Of a DNA stretch of 64,000 nt, positions 12,970 to 25,600 are shown in pieces. Location of the stretch: NCBI GenBank assembly GCA_964247055.1, contig OZ176051.1, forward strand, positions 15,066,001 to 15,130,000, written 5' to 3'. Under the pieces are notes generated by a model. The model ran no database searches and was not told the origin of the DNA. It saw nothing but the letters and a program-made list of their open reading frames with translations. Position 1 is the stretch's first letter. The number at the start of each line of letters is the position of its first letter. Source of the stretch: Paragordius varius. Taxonomy: Eukaryota > Animalia > Nematomorpha. The position numbers and the translations under genes are program-made.

Positions 12970-13990
12970 TGATAGATTTGAATACATCAGTGAGCTAACC
13001 TTAGACTAGACATATTTATATATTAGATTAGGATACATTTTTATAGACCATCTAGTATTTGAATTAAACTATTGTATCACTTTTGTATTTAACACCCACA
13101 CGTGATTTTACCCTTTAAACATGTTATTATATACATAAAATTATATAAACATCGCAAATTTTTTATAGTTTAGCTAATTTATCTCAATAAATCTTATTGT
13201 TTAATTAAGTCATCACATTTGGCCAGTTTTTTATCTCATTACATTCGTGCATGGAGGAATTAAGTCTCGAAGCATATGATCCCGCAACTAGTTTACATGA
13301 CGATTATATAAATAGAATCTTAAAAGTCAAAGTAATTCAAGGAGATGATAAAACAAAAAAAATGTTATTGGCCTAAATCTGCCAATACCATATTCCAAAG
13401 TTGAAGAGATTTATCCCGTACTCTTAGAAGTGGGGTGGGAGGCTTTGCTAGAAGCTATAAATATTTGCAACTCCGCATGAAGCCAAGGAATCAGTGAGGG
13501 ATTATTTGGCAAGATGCAATACTAAGAATCAAAGATGGGTTTTTTGGAGCGTTACAACTCAAGAGGTTGGAAATAAATCTGTTCATGAAATTTCCAGATG
13601 CAATGTTGGATGGAAAACCTGTTACGTGGGACATGGTGATAGGAATAACAATGGCGTACAAAAAGGATAGTTGTTTGATTGAACAGAGTTCTGACAATAG
13701 GCAGGTGAAAAAGAAGTGTGGAAAATGTGGGTACGTGCATCCGATCAACTGGTGTCTCGCTTCAAACAAAGAGTGTTACCGATGCAAAGAACAAGGTCAT
13801 TTTGGCAGGTGTCGCCGACGAGTTAATATAGTGAATGGTAATGAAGCCCGAACGCAAGCAAGTTTGAATGTCCATTAGGTGATGATGGTGTACGATACCG
13901 GACAAATATGATTAATTGGGAAGCACGTGGCTGAAGATTGGAAGGCCGATCTTAGTACCCGTGGGTCCAAACAACTTGATGAAACTGTTG
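12970..13990 (+). mobile_element. 5'-truncated piece of the Gypsy family found at 34805-41653: LTR (12970-13217), gag remnant, start of protease
   Basis: LTR TGATAGATTTGAATACATCAG...CATCACA followed by TTTGG. Gag with the knuckle CYRCKEQGHFGRC, matching 38085-38327. A YDTG protease motif lies at ~13890. Confidence 0.85.
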
Positions 13991-14100
13991 ATTTAATTAA
14001 TAGCTCTGCAAATTGCCCGGCATTCTTAATTTGAGCGATCTCATCCTTAAGTATTTCGAAACACTATTTTTATTGGAAAATATTCACTGAAATAGTTTAC

Positions 14101-15236
14101 CAGGCCTTCTTTTTGTAATTCCCGAACCCATTTATGATTGCTTAACGATCCCAACAAATATAAAAGTAAATAATTTAATATTTTTTGATGATATATTTAT
14201 TAGGTAACAATATACATATGCATATGAAAATATATAATTTAAAATTCGTTTTGAAACATATAAATTCTAAAATTAAATTTCCACAAAATGTTATAGAAAT
14301 GTTATTATTATACTTTCAAAAACAAAAGTGGATTTTGACCGTCTTAATTCTCTTTAATATATACAAGTAGTTGGGTGAATATTAAATATCTTGGTATAAA
14401 GTTTGAAAGTGCTGGACGTAAGACCTTTTCAACATTTTTTATCGCTGAATATTGGGATTGTGTTAAAGATGAGAAAGTAATTATATAAATATGTGATGTT
14501 GAATGGCAGAAGTGCACTTAACGCCATATCGGCGAATGTGGGAAATCCAGTTCTAGTTCTGATCCAGAATTCAGTCAAGGGCTTTTTTGGAATTGTAGTT
14601 TTAAGTTTGAGTCACACGAAAGCCTAGTAATTTTCTCTTGAGCTTTAAGAGGCAGATGCTCTCACTTAAACCAATACAAAACGGTTTTGAAACCATTTAT
14701 TGTAAATCAATGTACAATATAAATTGTGTCCGGAACTGTATTTCTAGCGCTTTAAGTGATCTACAATAGTTTTTGCAATAATAGTTTTACAGTGTAATTT
14801 CTTAATTACAAAATAAAACATTTCAAAGGAATTTTTTCCGACCCTATTGTTTCAAATGCTGATCAATTTAATTTTATCGTTTAAAGTAAATATATCGCAA
14901 TTTTTTCCTAGAAGAAGTTAAGATCGTTTAACTTCGCAAAAAAATCTTAAAATAACACAGGGACAGCCACATTTTGATAAATTCACTTTTTCGTTCAGTT
15001 ATTTTGATCATGTCTTAAATAACAATAATCTTTCTAAACTTTGTCCTGTTGATAACCATTTTTATTAATAACAAAGTTGTGTAGTTGGAATCCATTTATT
15101 TTTATAAGCGACTGTTATGGACATGGCTCATAATAAATTACGACCTTAACAGCATCCTGATTTATATCACTGGTGACCCCATAATTTTGCTGCGCGATCC
15201 CAAATAGGGTCCCGACCTATAGTTAAAAAAGCCATG
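14101..15236 (-). mobile_element. Internally deleted Buster-type hAT with transposase C-terminal remnant
   Basis: Ends CAGGCCTTCT / CATGGCTTTT with GGGTCCCGACC subterminal motifs. Minus strand reads FAKLNDLN, LSCDSNLKLQF, LTEFWIRTRTGFPTFADMALSALLPF, VEKVLRPALS, typical of the hATC region. No clean TSD. Confidence 0.75.
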
Positions 15237-15978
15237 GTTTGCATAATTAATTAGTTAATTTTAGCTGAATTAATTTCTACTTCACTCATTTAAGTTAACT
15301 TTGATGGAAGCAGAAAAAAATATCCGCTACTCTAAAAAAATGCCGAATCTTTTTTTTTAACTAAAAAATTACAATGTCTAAAATTTTATTAAAAACATTC
15401 ACTCAAAACTTATCATCTTAATTATTAAATCTATGGTAATCGGCAAGTTCATCCATATGTCTGTGTTATATTATCACTAAAATAGGTTTAATGTCCCATT
15501 TTATTGCCATTTCCATGGCATCTTTTTTTTGCGGTCATATAGTTTTTATATTTTAATAAGTTTGAGCTCTTTTTTCTTTTAAATCTGTATCATTTAATTA
15601 TGTTGCAAGACTTTATGGACTTTATCTATGATAATAAATATGCAAAAAAATATAATTCAAATTTACTTATTATTTTAATTACAGAAGCTTCATCCCGCTC
15701 ATATTTCTTAGAGAATTTTATATTGGTTAAAACCTCAATAATATCATAATTACTATATTTTATTGATAAGACGTATACCTCAAACTTATTTCAGATTCCT
15801 GATGAAAAACATTTTTTACAAAATTATTATTTCTCTTACTGTAATATGTTGGCCAACATTAATGTGAGTTAGCCTCCATTAAATTGCATATTGTATAATC
15901 AAAATAAATAAATTGAAATTACATGTTAGAGAATATTTGATGAATTTTTTACCTTTTCCTTTCCTTTTTTGTTTACTA

Positions 15979-16558
15979 TTAACACTTCGATTTGGGGTAT
16001 CTAAATATCCCAGACTAAATTTGAGTTAAGATTTTTAAAAAACTACTGAATGAAACGGTGCCAATTTAAATTTATGCTTCTATCCTAATAAAAATTATAT
16101 AAATATGCCAATATATCTAAATAAAATTTTGTTTTGAAAAAAAGTTTCATGTCGAATTCTTTCGACGCCATTATTATTTTATAAATTTGTTCCAAAATAT
16201 TGTCTTAATTTAATTTTAAGGGTAAAACTAAAGCTAATTTTTTTATAAATTAAATTTAACATTGATAGAAATAGAAAAAGGGGTTTATTTTGGTTTATTT
16301 TTTAATTTTACAATTTCACACATGTCACGTCAAAAAATTTTTACGTTTCGGTTTTAGCTTTAAATAAGTAATATCAAGTATTTTTGAATAAAACTTTTTA
16401 TATATTTCGGTTTATTAATGTTATATAAGTGCAAAATTTTGCAATGGTATCAATTCCTTCCATATACTTTAAAAAATTTAATTTTCAGGCCTGGGGTATT
16501 TAACTACCCCAATTTGAATCGAAGGACTAAAATGAATGTGTTGTATCCAAGTGTTAAA
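15979..16558. mobile_element. MITE with TTAA-CACTT ends (piggyBac-like target)
   Basis: TTAACACTT ... AAGTGTTAA; internal inverted GGGGTATCTAAATATCCCAG / CTGGGGTATTTAACTACCCC. Confidence 0.4.
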
Positions 16559-16999
16559 ACTGCCAGAAATTAATATAAGAACAAACAATATCATTATGGC
16601 TAAAATTTAAAATATAGTGAAAAAATGCATTTTTCACTCTTTCTTCCTTTAACTCAATAATATTAAAACTACATGAACCGATAAAAATAATTTCGGGCTT
16701 GAAGATTTATAAGCTTCACTTAATTTTTGGTGTTAACTATCTATACCCATTTATTTATTTTTTAACTATTTTAACTTTTTTAAGGTGTTAACTGGAGAGA
16801 ATTTGAAGGTGTTTATTAATTGTTAACTCATAATAAAACCGCTTATTGAATTAATGATATAAATGCATTTTTTCGCTTTTTCCTTTCGATCAATAATCAT
16901 TCTCTTTATTCTTTGCCTGTATACTTACAATCAGGCAATCATTACTTACATATCTGATAAAAAAAGGTAATAAATTTTGCCCCAAATTTAATATAAAAT

Positions 17000-17068
17000 A
17001 TAAAAAAGGGCCCCTGTTTCGCCTTGGGCCCCCCGCATTGCTCCCCCTAGCTCCCCGTAGCGCCACTG
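17000..17068 (-). mobile_element. Lone CAGTGGCG-type hAT/MITE terminus
   Basis: Reverse complement CAGTGGCGCTACGGGGAGCTAGGGGG...GGGCCC, same class as the ends at 22059, 23925, 42118 and 43820. Confidence 0.5.
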
Positions 17069-17870
17069 ATATGTGTGCAATATAACATAACTTGAATTAT
17101 ATACTAACTATTTTGCTTGAAGCTACAATTAACATGAACTGGGTGTATCACAAAGAGTTATAATTGTTTGCAATTATATAGGTGCGTTTGTGTCCACGAA
17201 AGTATGATCTAACTTAACATCACTCTTTCCCTATCCTTGATATCTATGGGGTGGGTCTCGGATTCGTGGGGGGTATCGCCGTTCTGTATGAGTGTCAGTT
17301 GTAGGTGCTATAGTGGGTGTTTGTTGGGATGGCAACTCAATGTTGGGTTTCGAGGGTAGGGGCGGAGGTAGGTCGGGCTTCGGTCGTTGCAGTAGGGTAC
17401 CTAACATATAGGTCATGCGATGGTGGAGTTTCTTCGGGCCAAATTGTCTTTTCCATTATTCTTTCATCTTCCTTCCCTTTGTCTCAGTTGATCGGCGTGT
17501 TTTCAGATGATTTTGTTATCATCTCGTATTTCATATGAGAGTAATCCGAGTCGTTTATTTACAATTCCTTCTCGCCAACCATTCGCTAGTTCATTTTTTA
17601 TATATACTTTTTCGTTTTCATGGTATTCGTGATTCGGTTGTACATCGTTTAAGAAGTCTGTTTTCGCATGTGATTAGATTGGGGGCGTAGTTTGTTTTAT
17701 AAAAGTTGTGCGGGACATGTATTTATAGCACTGTTTATGTTAGTGCGGTATCGCCGAAGGGTGTTATATATTTTTTGATTGGAAGTCACAGTCATCTTCT
17801 GCCTGATAATGTGTTTTGAGGGTATGTATCACTCGATCCACCATTCAGTTCCATTTTGGATAGGAACTAA
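17069..17870 (-). mobile_element. Gypsy integrase C-terminal remnant with PPT and 3' LTR
   Basis: Minus strand ...IYNTLRRYRTNINSAINTCPAQLL...TERRYPPRIRDPPHRYQG*, then purine tract TAGGGAAAGAG (17233-17223), then TG at 17222. Confidence 0.7.
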
Positions 17871-17932
17871 TGTTAAATCAAATTCCAGAAGCAATACTAT
17901 ATTTATTTTATTTTGTTGAATTCCAGTTTATA

Positions 17933-19186
17933 TCAAAGTTTACAGTGCGGGAAATATTAATGAAAATTTTTGTCGCAAAACATCTAAACAAATACTATCA
18001 TAGTGTAAAGCATTAGAACAGACGTGTCCGAAACCAAAATTAGTGTAGGATTTTGTATTTGTTCTCGAGCTGTTATCATTATTACGTTTGGAAATTGACA
18101 GATGCAATAAGATATGAAGAAAATAAGGTTCGATAAATCTCTTTTAACGAAAATTAATGGCTCTGTTGGCAATTTATCATTTTTATTGAGTGTTGATGAT
18201 CTCCTCGCTTCTTTAGTTAAGCTATTTTGACAGAGGTGGTTTTTTCTAACAGATTCATTCACATTTATAGTATATATTTGTATAGTTTCCATAGTTTTAA
18301 ACTTAAAATGCAAGCCAAGATATTTTTTACGAGTATTTGAGTCCTGTCTCACTAACCCTATCAGATACGTTAGTTTTATACCATAAAACAGGATTATAAA
18401 AGCGGGAAGATTGGAGAAAATGGTCATACAAATTATATCATAATACCCTACCCAATGCAGTACAAATATTTCACGATCAAAGTAATATATCTTTTCACTT
18501 GTTACTGTGTTTTCCTTCAAATCGGATGATAAAAGATAAAAGTAATTGTCTTGCGTAACATTTAAAAATGGGCAATTAAATTTCCAACATTTTCTACGTT
18601 ATACCAAAAAAGGCAGTAAATGAAAAGGCGATAGCTAGTATACAACTTATCCATGGAATAGAGAGCTTAATTAGCCTATATTTTGCACAGTATTGTTTGT
18701 ATTGTTGTAAAGGATGGACCAACGAGACATATTGGTCCCTTAACATGAATGCTAAAACTATTGTTCCTCCAACTTCCAAGCCATTAGATAACATTAGTGC
18801 TACATAAAGGCTTTTAGAAGGTTAGGATTAGCAACAAATGGAGAATCCTTAATTTTCATACATATCTGACGCATTTCATGCACGACACTCAGGATTGAAT
18901 TCCAAAAATTGATCCAAATCAGACTTGTCAAATAATAATAATACGACTGACTAGCTGGAAATGTCATATGTCTTCTTATTCGTCGCAATATTATGAGGCC
19001 TAAAGCATTTCCCAAGATGCCGGCTATGGAGAGGATCGGCCAAATTACCACTTGTAAATAAGTATCGAATTGGGAAATTGGCATTTCCAATTGCCAGGAA
19101 GGAATTTCGTTCCTACACTTTATAACTAAACCTTGTGTCTCCAAACATGAATTATTTTGATAAAATGAATATGACTTGACAACCAT
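17933..19186 (-). pseudogene. Intronless rhodopsin-class (peptide-receptor-like) GPCR, frameshifted in this sequence
   Basis: TM1 PILSIAGILGNAL; TM2 YYLTSLIWIN; TM3 ending LRDQYVSLVHP; ECL2 Cys; TM5 SNLPAFIIL; TM6 FISYCICQFPNVI; TM7. Three -1 shifts fall in runs at 18806-18808, 18606-18611 and 18590-18593. A TAG at 17984-17986 lies where the TM7 Tyr is expected. Confidence 0.85.
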
Positions 19187-20034
19187 AATATTTGTGGATA
19201 TATTAAAACTGGAGCAATTTACTTATTTTATTGTATAAAAGATATCAGGTAAATATGCAAATTGATAAATAATATTAATCAATCTCTCTCATCGCCAATG
19301 ACGTAAAATTTATTATTATAAAATAAATTAATATCTATTTTTAACGGTTGTAATTATATATAGCATGTATAAGTTAAAGACATTACAACAATCCGAAAAA
19401 AGTCATTAATAATTTATTACTTTTTTGATAGTATTCACCTTTTTATTTAACAAACTCCCTCAGAACATTAAAATTAACGCGTAAATATTTTGATCAACTT
19501 GGGCTTGTTTTCAACCCTATAACATATATAAGATGGAATTTAAATCATTGCGAAAATCGACAAAAATAAATTGATGTACCTAAAATATTTTTAAAAAATA
19601 ATTCAATATTACTTTATTTATTATGGAAAAACATTTAAGTTAGAAAACATGACACGTGGGCATACACCGATTTTAACCATATATAAAAAAAAAGCAAATG
19701 TTATTATAAAAAAACCTTTGCAAAATGTTTCATTGTAAAAAATTGTGAAAACAAAGGGGAAGTAATCAATTATTTTATTAATCTAATCATTAATGGAGAA
19801 CCAATATTTGAATTGGGTAACCTTTTTGAGTATTTAAAAAATATCGATCACAAATTTTTGTTAGATATAAAGGGGATTGGATGTGTTTAGGGATTCTAAA
19901 ATATTTGCGGGAAATTTGAGTTGATGGATTTTATATAAATAATATCATAAGGCAATATCATTTAATGATATTAGAGTTTCAAATAATGAGAAAACGCAAT
20001 AAATAATTTACTGTCTAAACATATCTAGTTTGCA

Positions 20035-20190
20035 TACCGTTTGCACTTCAAGATTTGCCTCTACTTCAAGTTGGTCCTTGAACATTCGCGGGTGTTGCTC
20101 CACACTTCTAGTTGGTTCTTTAACTTTTCAAGTTGCTCCCTAAATATTTCAAATTGGACTTTCAACTTTTGTAGATTGCTTTTAACTTTT
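20035..20190. repeat. Decayed family B terminus and 21-bp units
   Basis: TACCGTTTGCACTTCAAG followed by CTTCAAGTTGGTCCTTGAAC and further ~21-bp periodic variants. Confidence 0.5.
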
Positions 20191-20671
20191 ATCTATCAAA
20201 CCGTGTATCATTAATATTTTAATGTTTTTTACCTATTCTCTTGATTTGACCAAACTTTAAAAAAATTTACTTTTGATTCTAGAAACCGGGTATCTTTATG
20301 TTTAAAAAATTCATCAATGTTTTAATATGTAATGCAAAATATATAAGTTTTTTGATTACGATTTTTTGTTTAAAACATTTATAATTGAATAATATGGTTA
20401 AATAGAAAAAATTTCGAAACGAAAAATTGGTTTTTTAATAATTAATATTAATATTAAATAAATTAGAAATACCAACCGGCAACTTTTGCTATCCAAAAAT
20501 TTAAAATTTTATATAAATTATTATAAAAGAGTATGATTATCAGTTCAAGATTTGGCTGTATACTGTCTACAAAGTTCATTATGAGGGCAACCGAAGAGAA
20601 GTTATTGAATATATATCAAAATTATAGAGACAAAAGGAAAAGTAAAGGACAAAAATATTTTGTAAAAATAT

Positions 20672-20849
20672 TCATACTGGTTCATCTGTGGAGCTTTCCT
20701 CATCATCGCTCTGACGCCGATTTCGATTGTTATAGGCAATTCCTGAATCACTACTTTTGACCTGGTCATTGGCCTGTATAAATAGGAGTAAAGCTATAGC
20801 AATGGATATTAGCGAGATGCGTGGACATTTTTTAATTTTTTAGACTCAT
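20672..20849 (-). CDS. Possible small secreted peptide precursor (needs one indel near the start)
   Basis: Frame ...CPRISLISIAIALLLFIQANDQVKSSDSGIAYNNRNRRQSDDEESSTDEP|GTATGA: signal-like stretch, RNRR site, acidic tail. The upstream ATG at 20849 is out of frame across two A6 runs. Confidence 0.35.
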
Positions 20850-22058
20850 AGGCATTTGTTGAATAATATGATACAATTTATATTGTGAAGAAGTTAACAA
20901 AATATAAATATCAAAATATGACTTTCATAGACGATTCATGTCTTATATACCTTCATCTAGAGATCATTTAACCTATTAGTCCAACATTTAACAACCAAAC
21001 AAGTCTTTCAACAATAATTTTATAAATATTTTCTTAATTAAGCAATTTAATGAACAATAATAAGAATTTTTTCTTAATAAATAATAAAATTAAGTAGTAA
21101 ATATAATGACATGTATACTACAGTAGGTCATAACTTTATATTAAATTATTTCAGAAAAAGTAAAATACCATCTAAGTGAAGTATGTCGGTTAAAGAGTTT
21201 TATATTTTTTTAAATATCACCTCCTTAAATTCTAACCTATGACAAAATAGGAGGTAATAGCCATTAAATTATATTTGGAAAATTTTATTAATCTTGAGTT
21301 TTCCGCGTGAAATTTTTCTTAACATACTCTCTAATTGATAAAACAGATCCGCTAAATATGTCCTCCCTAGGCAAGAAAATAATATCTTACACAATGTGCT
21401 TATTTTTATAGTAAGAACTATCATTAATTACGTATAATGATCATAGTATTGTACCATACCTATTAAAAGAAAGGTTGATTATATTAATATAGATTTTATC
21501 TATCAGTATTTTGGTTAATGACATGATAAAGACCCTAAAAATTTAATTTGCAAATATATTAGCAAGTATAAAAATGACAATTTAAGGAAAAATTATAAAA
21601 TCTTATTTGGATGTTTGTTTCTATTCGGGACAAAAACTCTATAAAATTATTTATTAACATATTTCTAACTTGGTTAAAATTTTTTTACTCTATAGTTTTA
21701 CGAATAAGAAAATTTGAAGCATTCTAATCTATATTCTTCTAGACAAAAACTGAGAGACAGCAATTTGGTTTTGTTTTATATGAAATTTTTAGTTTTCTAA
21801 TAAGGCTTTTCACATCCATATTTCACTATATTAAAGCCAAAAGGCATCGGTTCAGATTCCAGTTGATTGAGAGCCTATCCCAGATTTTGCTCCGAATCCG
21901 TCAAGATGCAAAGGTCATCTGCGTAGGAGAGTACTTGGAAAAAGACGTTGGGAAAGCTCGAGTGAAACTTTCTTACTATTGAGTCCATTGCCGAGTTGAA
22001 GGGTTTTTGCCACAGAGGGCATCCTTGCTTCAGACCTCGTTCCGAATAATAGTCAACG

Positions 22059-23925
22059 CAGTGGCGTACCTAGCATTTGCAGCGCCTGGGGCATAAAACC
22101 GCCCTCCTTCTTTTCTTTTTGAAAACCAATATTACAATTTAGTAAAAAAAATACAAACGTTGCAACTAGGTCACATCTAATAGTTGATGAAAAAAAGAGA
22201 TAAATATTTTCAATTATTCCACAGGTCACAACAATAACATCTTGTTTTGCTACCGTAAATCCTTACTAAATTCAAAGGATAATCGTCACAGTTGACAAAT
22301 ATTGCTCTTTTGTTTTTTTTCCATACATCACAGTTGCATTATCATAGCATTAAGATATACAATTTGATAACTGAATATTATCCACATTTCGATTTATAAT
22401 GACCTTTTCATTTGACATTGCATCTTTGAATAAATAAAAAAAATCCAAAAGGATTATTTAATGATCATAATCAATGCACCTGATAACTTGAGAAATTTGT
22501 TCTCGGTGGGCTATATCCGGCGTTAAATGAAATATAAGTCCATAATATTTACTTTTTTTATGTAATCGATCAATTTACCTTTAACTGTTGAAACTAAAAG
22601 ATGTATAAACTTGTTAGGATTTTGGGTGAAACATAGGATAAAGTGGTGGGAGATTCTGTGTTTCTCATGCGTTCCCCCATTATTGGGTCAAACTAAGCTT
22701 CAAGTTTTAGTAAAGATAAGAGGTTTCTATGATTCAGTGCTGAGTCATTTAGATACATTAAACTTTTAACATCTACTTGAGAAGGGAGTTTTGGGTGATT
22801 AGAGATTTCATGCAGGGCAGTTTTCGATATAAAATATTTGGCCATCGATCCTTCCGATTGTATGTTAGCTTCTAGAGCAGAATCAATTCCTGTTTTATAT
22901 ATCAGTCTTCTTTCGGCCTCTTTCAAATGCTTTCCCATGATTGAGGCTATTTTCATGATGGATTAATCTATCTTTTATCCTCTATTTATTAAAATCATGC
23001 GTAGTTATAAGAGAAGATAAAGAATTAGATCAATTAAAAAGTAGGCAACAAAACAATACACAGATTTGTGATTCGATGATAAAAGCCAAGACCTCTCAAT
23101 TTTAAATCCTTCTTTTTTACCGACACGTCGAAAAAAACCAAGATTGGGGCATCGAACGATAATTTTTTGTGTTTCAAAGAGGTTGCATTTTTTTAAAATC
23201 CTTAATATCCACGAATAAATCTTTCTGGGAGTTGATTAGATATTAGGGGAACATTTTTTTATAAATTTTAAAAAGGCGACATCATCAAACTCTCTAGGTA
23301 TAGCGCTTGGAATTACCAATGGTATATTTGTAATTTTCTCATCTCTATTTATTGGAACAATAACTAGGTTTTCTGGTGTATTTAAGTAATTATATTTACA
23401 GGTACCGTTGTATTTGTGTCGCATACACTTTTTAAATGTCAGGGCCAGATATTTTCGTTAAATAAGATTTCATACTCATTCGCATTTTATTTGTTTTTTA
23501 TTCTGTTCCTGGATTTTTTGTTTATTTGCTAAACGCTGAGTTTAGGCATTGATATTTGATAAAAATGAAAATAAAAAATAGTGTATATTAATTATAAAAA
23601 CCTACCTTGTTAAAGATGAGATCTTGGGAATTTAAATAATATATTGGGTTTATATATTGAATATAATTAAAAAATAAAATGATTAATAATAAGAATAAGC
23701 GAAACGTTTTTTAAGCAATAAAAAGTTGTTTTTTGCATAATGTTCTCTCTTGATCTCATTTATATAATTTTATATTATTTTAGGGATTGTTACGTAAATA
23801 GCTGATGAAAGTTGTTATTAATTGCATAATTTAAATTTAATTAAAAAAAATTATTTAGGCGCCCCTAAATAACGACGCCCGGGGCATGATGCACCCCCTT
23901 GTCCCTCCCCATCGGTACGCCACTG
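22059..23925 (-). mobile_element. Deleted hAT element (Tip100/ZMYM1-like transposase pseudogene)
   Basis: Perfect 12-bp TIR CAGTGGCGTACC / GGTACGCCACTG. Minus-strand motifs ERSWL..VYCF, HENSLNH, FDPIM, TPDIAHREQIS, YDNATVM, CDDYPLNLV. No exact 8-bp TSD. Confidence 0.88.
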
Positions 23926-24476
23926 TCCGAACAGGTTGTTTTAACTGCCACCTGACTACGTGTTCTACTATCAAGTGAATTATAAAGTTCTTAAAATTTT
24001 CCTCCATGTCAACCCTCTTCAGCAAACGCATGACGTGCTTCCTATCCAGTTAATCAAAACCCTTAGTTATATCCAGGTAGCCCAGGTAGAGAGGGTGTTT
24101 ATGGCGTTTGCTTTTCTCGATGAAAATTACTAAAGAACAGAATAGGTCCATTATTCCTCCACCCCACTAAAACCACAGATTGCATGATGCAGTTCATCAT
24201 CAAAGGACTGAAGTCTGGACAGGGCAATGTTGGCCAATACTTTATACACTGTGTTCACGAGGTATAATCTTTAGGAATGGCTGGGTTCCTGCTTTGCAAT
24301 ATGGATTAACTCATATCACACCCTTTCCCCCGACAATATACAAGGACGTTGTCGGTGCACCAATCAATTTCTTTTTTCCAAACATCAGCTGCGCTGTGGT
24401 CTGGTCCTGTACATTTATAGTTTCGGAAGAATTCAATACCCAGTCGAAAGGTCCCTACATCAAACTTCACTGATAA

Positions 24477-25600
24477 CACTAGACAACAAATTTTTCTGCC
24501 ATTCGAGTTTTTTGCATTTTTTGATATTTAATATCATTTTAACAGTAAATCTGAAATAAAAATTATAACTCGTTGGAAGAATTTTGTATAATTTGATTTT
24601 TTTGATTATGCGCCCTCTTTATCAAAATTTTACTAAAAATGTTTTTCATTAAAAATATACAAGTAATGCCCATTTGTAATATATCATTCGAAAGAATATT
24701 AAAAACTCTATAAAATGTATACTAATATGTATTACATCGACAGTTAATATTGGACACAAAGAGCGACAAACGCGCGAAGCGAGAGCATTTTTTTAATTAT
24801 TATATTTTTATAACTAATGGATGAAAATAGCTCAAACTTTGTTTAGATGGAGATGAATGTCCAAAAAGGATAACACAAGAAAGTTTTTTTTTATTTAAAC
24901 ATTTTTTATTGCTTTTATGTCACTCAAAACAGCCATTTTTAAGTTTTTTGTTTTTTTAAAATTACCATCTCATCAATATTAATTTATTTTCTTTACAAAG
25001 CTGATAATTTCGAAAATTTAAAGATAAAAACAAAGTTTAATGTATTTTTAATCTTTTAGAGCCATTATGTAATAAATTTACAGTTATAACTATGCATTTT
25101 AGTATCCACTAGGTAAAATATTTATGATAATAATAATTTTTATTAAAAAAGCAAACCAAAAGCTTTTCCATATATTTTTTTTTAAATTAAATACTAATAT
25201 AACCCTAATAATTATATTAAAATAATTTATATGATTTTCAAATTAGTTTGTCTGTGAAAGTTCTTGACTTATTTAAGGATTGAAAATTTTGACCATTTAA
25301 ATCCAAATAACTTTTACATCCGATGGATTTAAATGACCTACTACCATTTAAAAGATGCAGTTTTTTGCGCTCTTTCGAATGATATAAAATACATGGCTTC
25401 ATATCTAAAACTTTAAATTTTCGAAATTTCGAGTTTAATGTTATATCGGGGCCAAAAATTATCGATAAACTCTAATATAAAAAAATTCTTCCATGTAAGA
25501 CCAATTTTCTTTTCAGATATACTAATTATGTTTTTTAATGAAATAAATTTTAAATTTACAAGAATGGCAGTTAAAAAAAGTTAAAATTTGTTGTCTAGTG
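24477..25600. mobile_element. Non-autonomous CMC element (Chapaev3/CACTA-type)
   Basis: TAA|CACTAGACAACAAATTTT ... AAAATTTGTTGTCTAGTG|TAA: perfect 18-bp TIR, 3-bp TAA TSD, additional CTGCCATTC/GAATGGCAG subterminal inversion. Confidence 0.85.

Noticed and set aside
17984-17986. Stop-codon reassignment (TAG/TAA read as an amino acid)
   Set aside because: Intact genes here end in TAA and have no internal stops; isolated stops are better explained by decay or indels.
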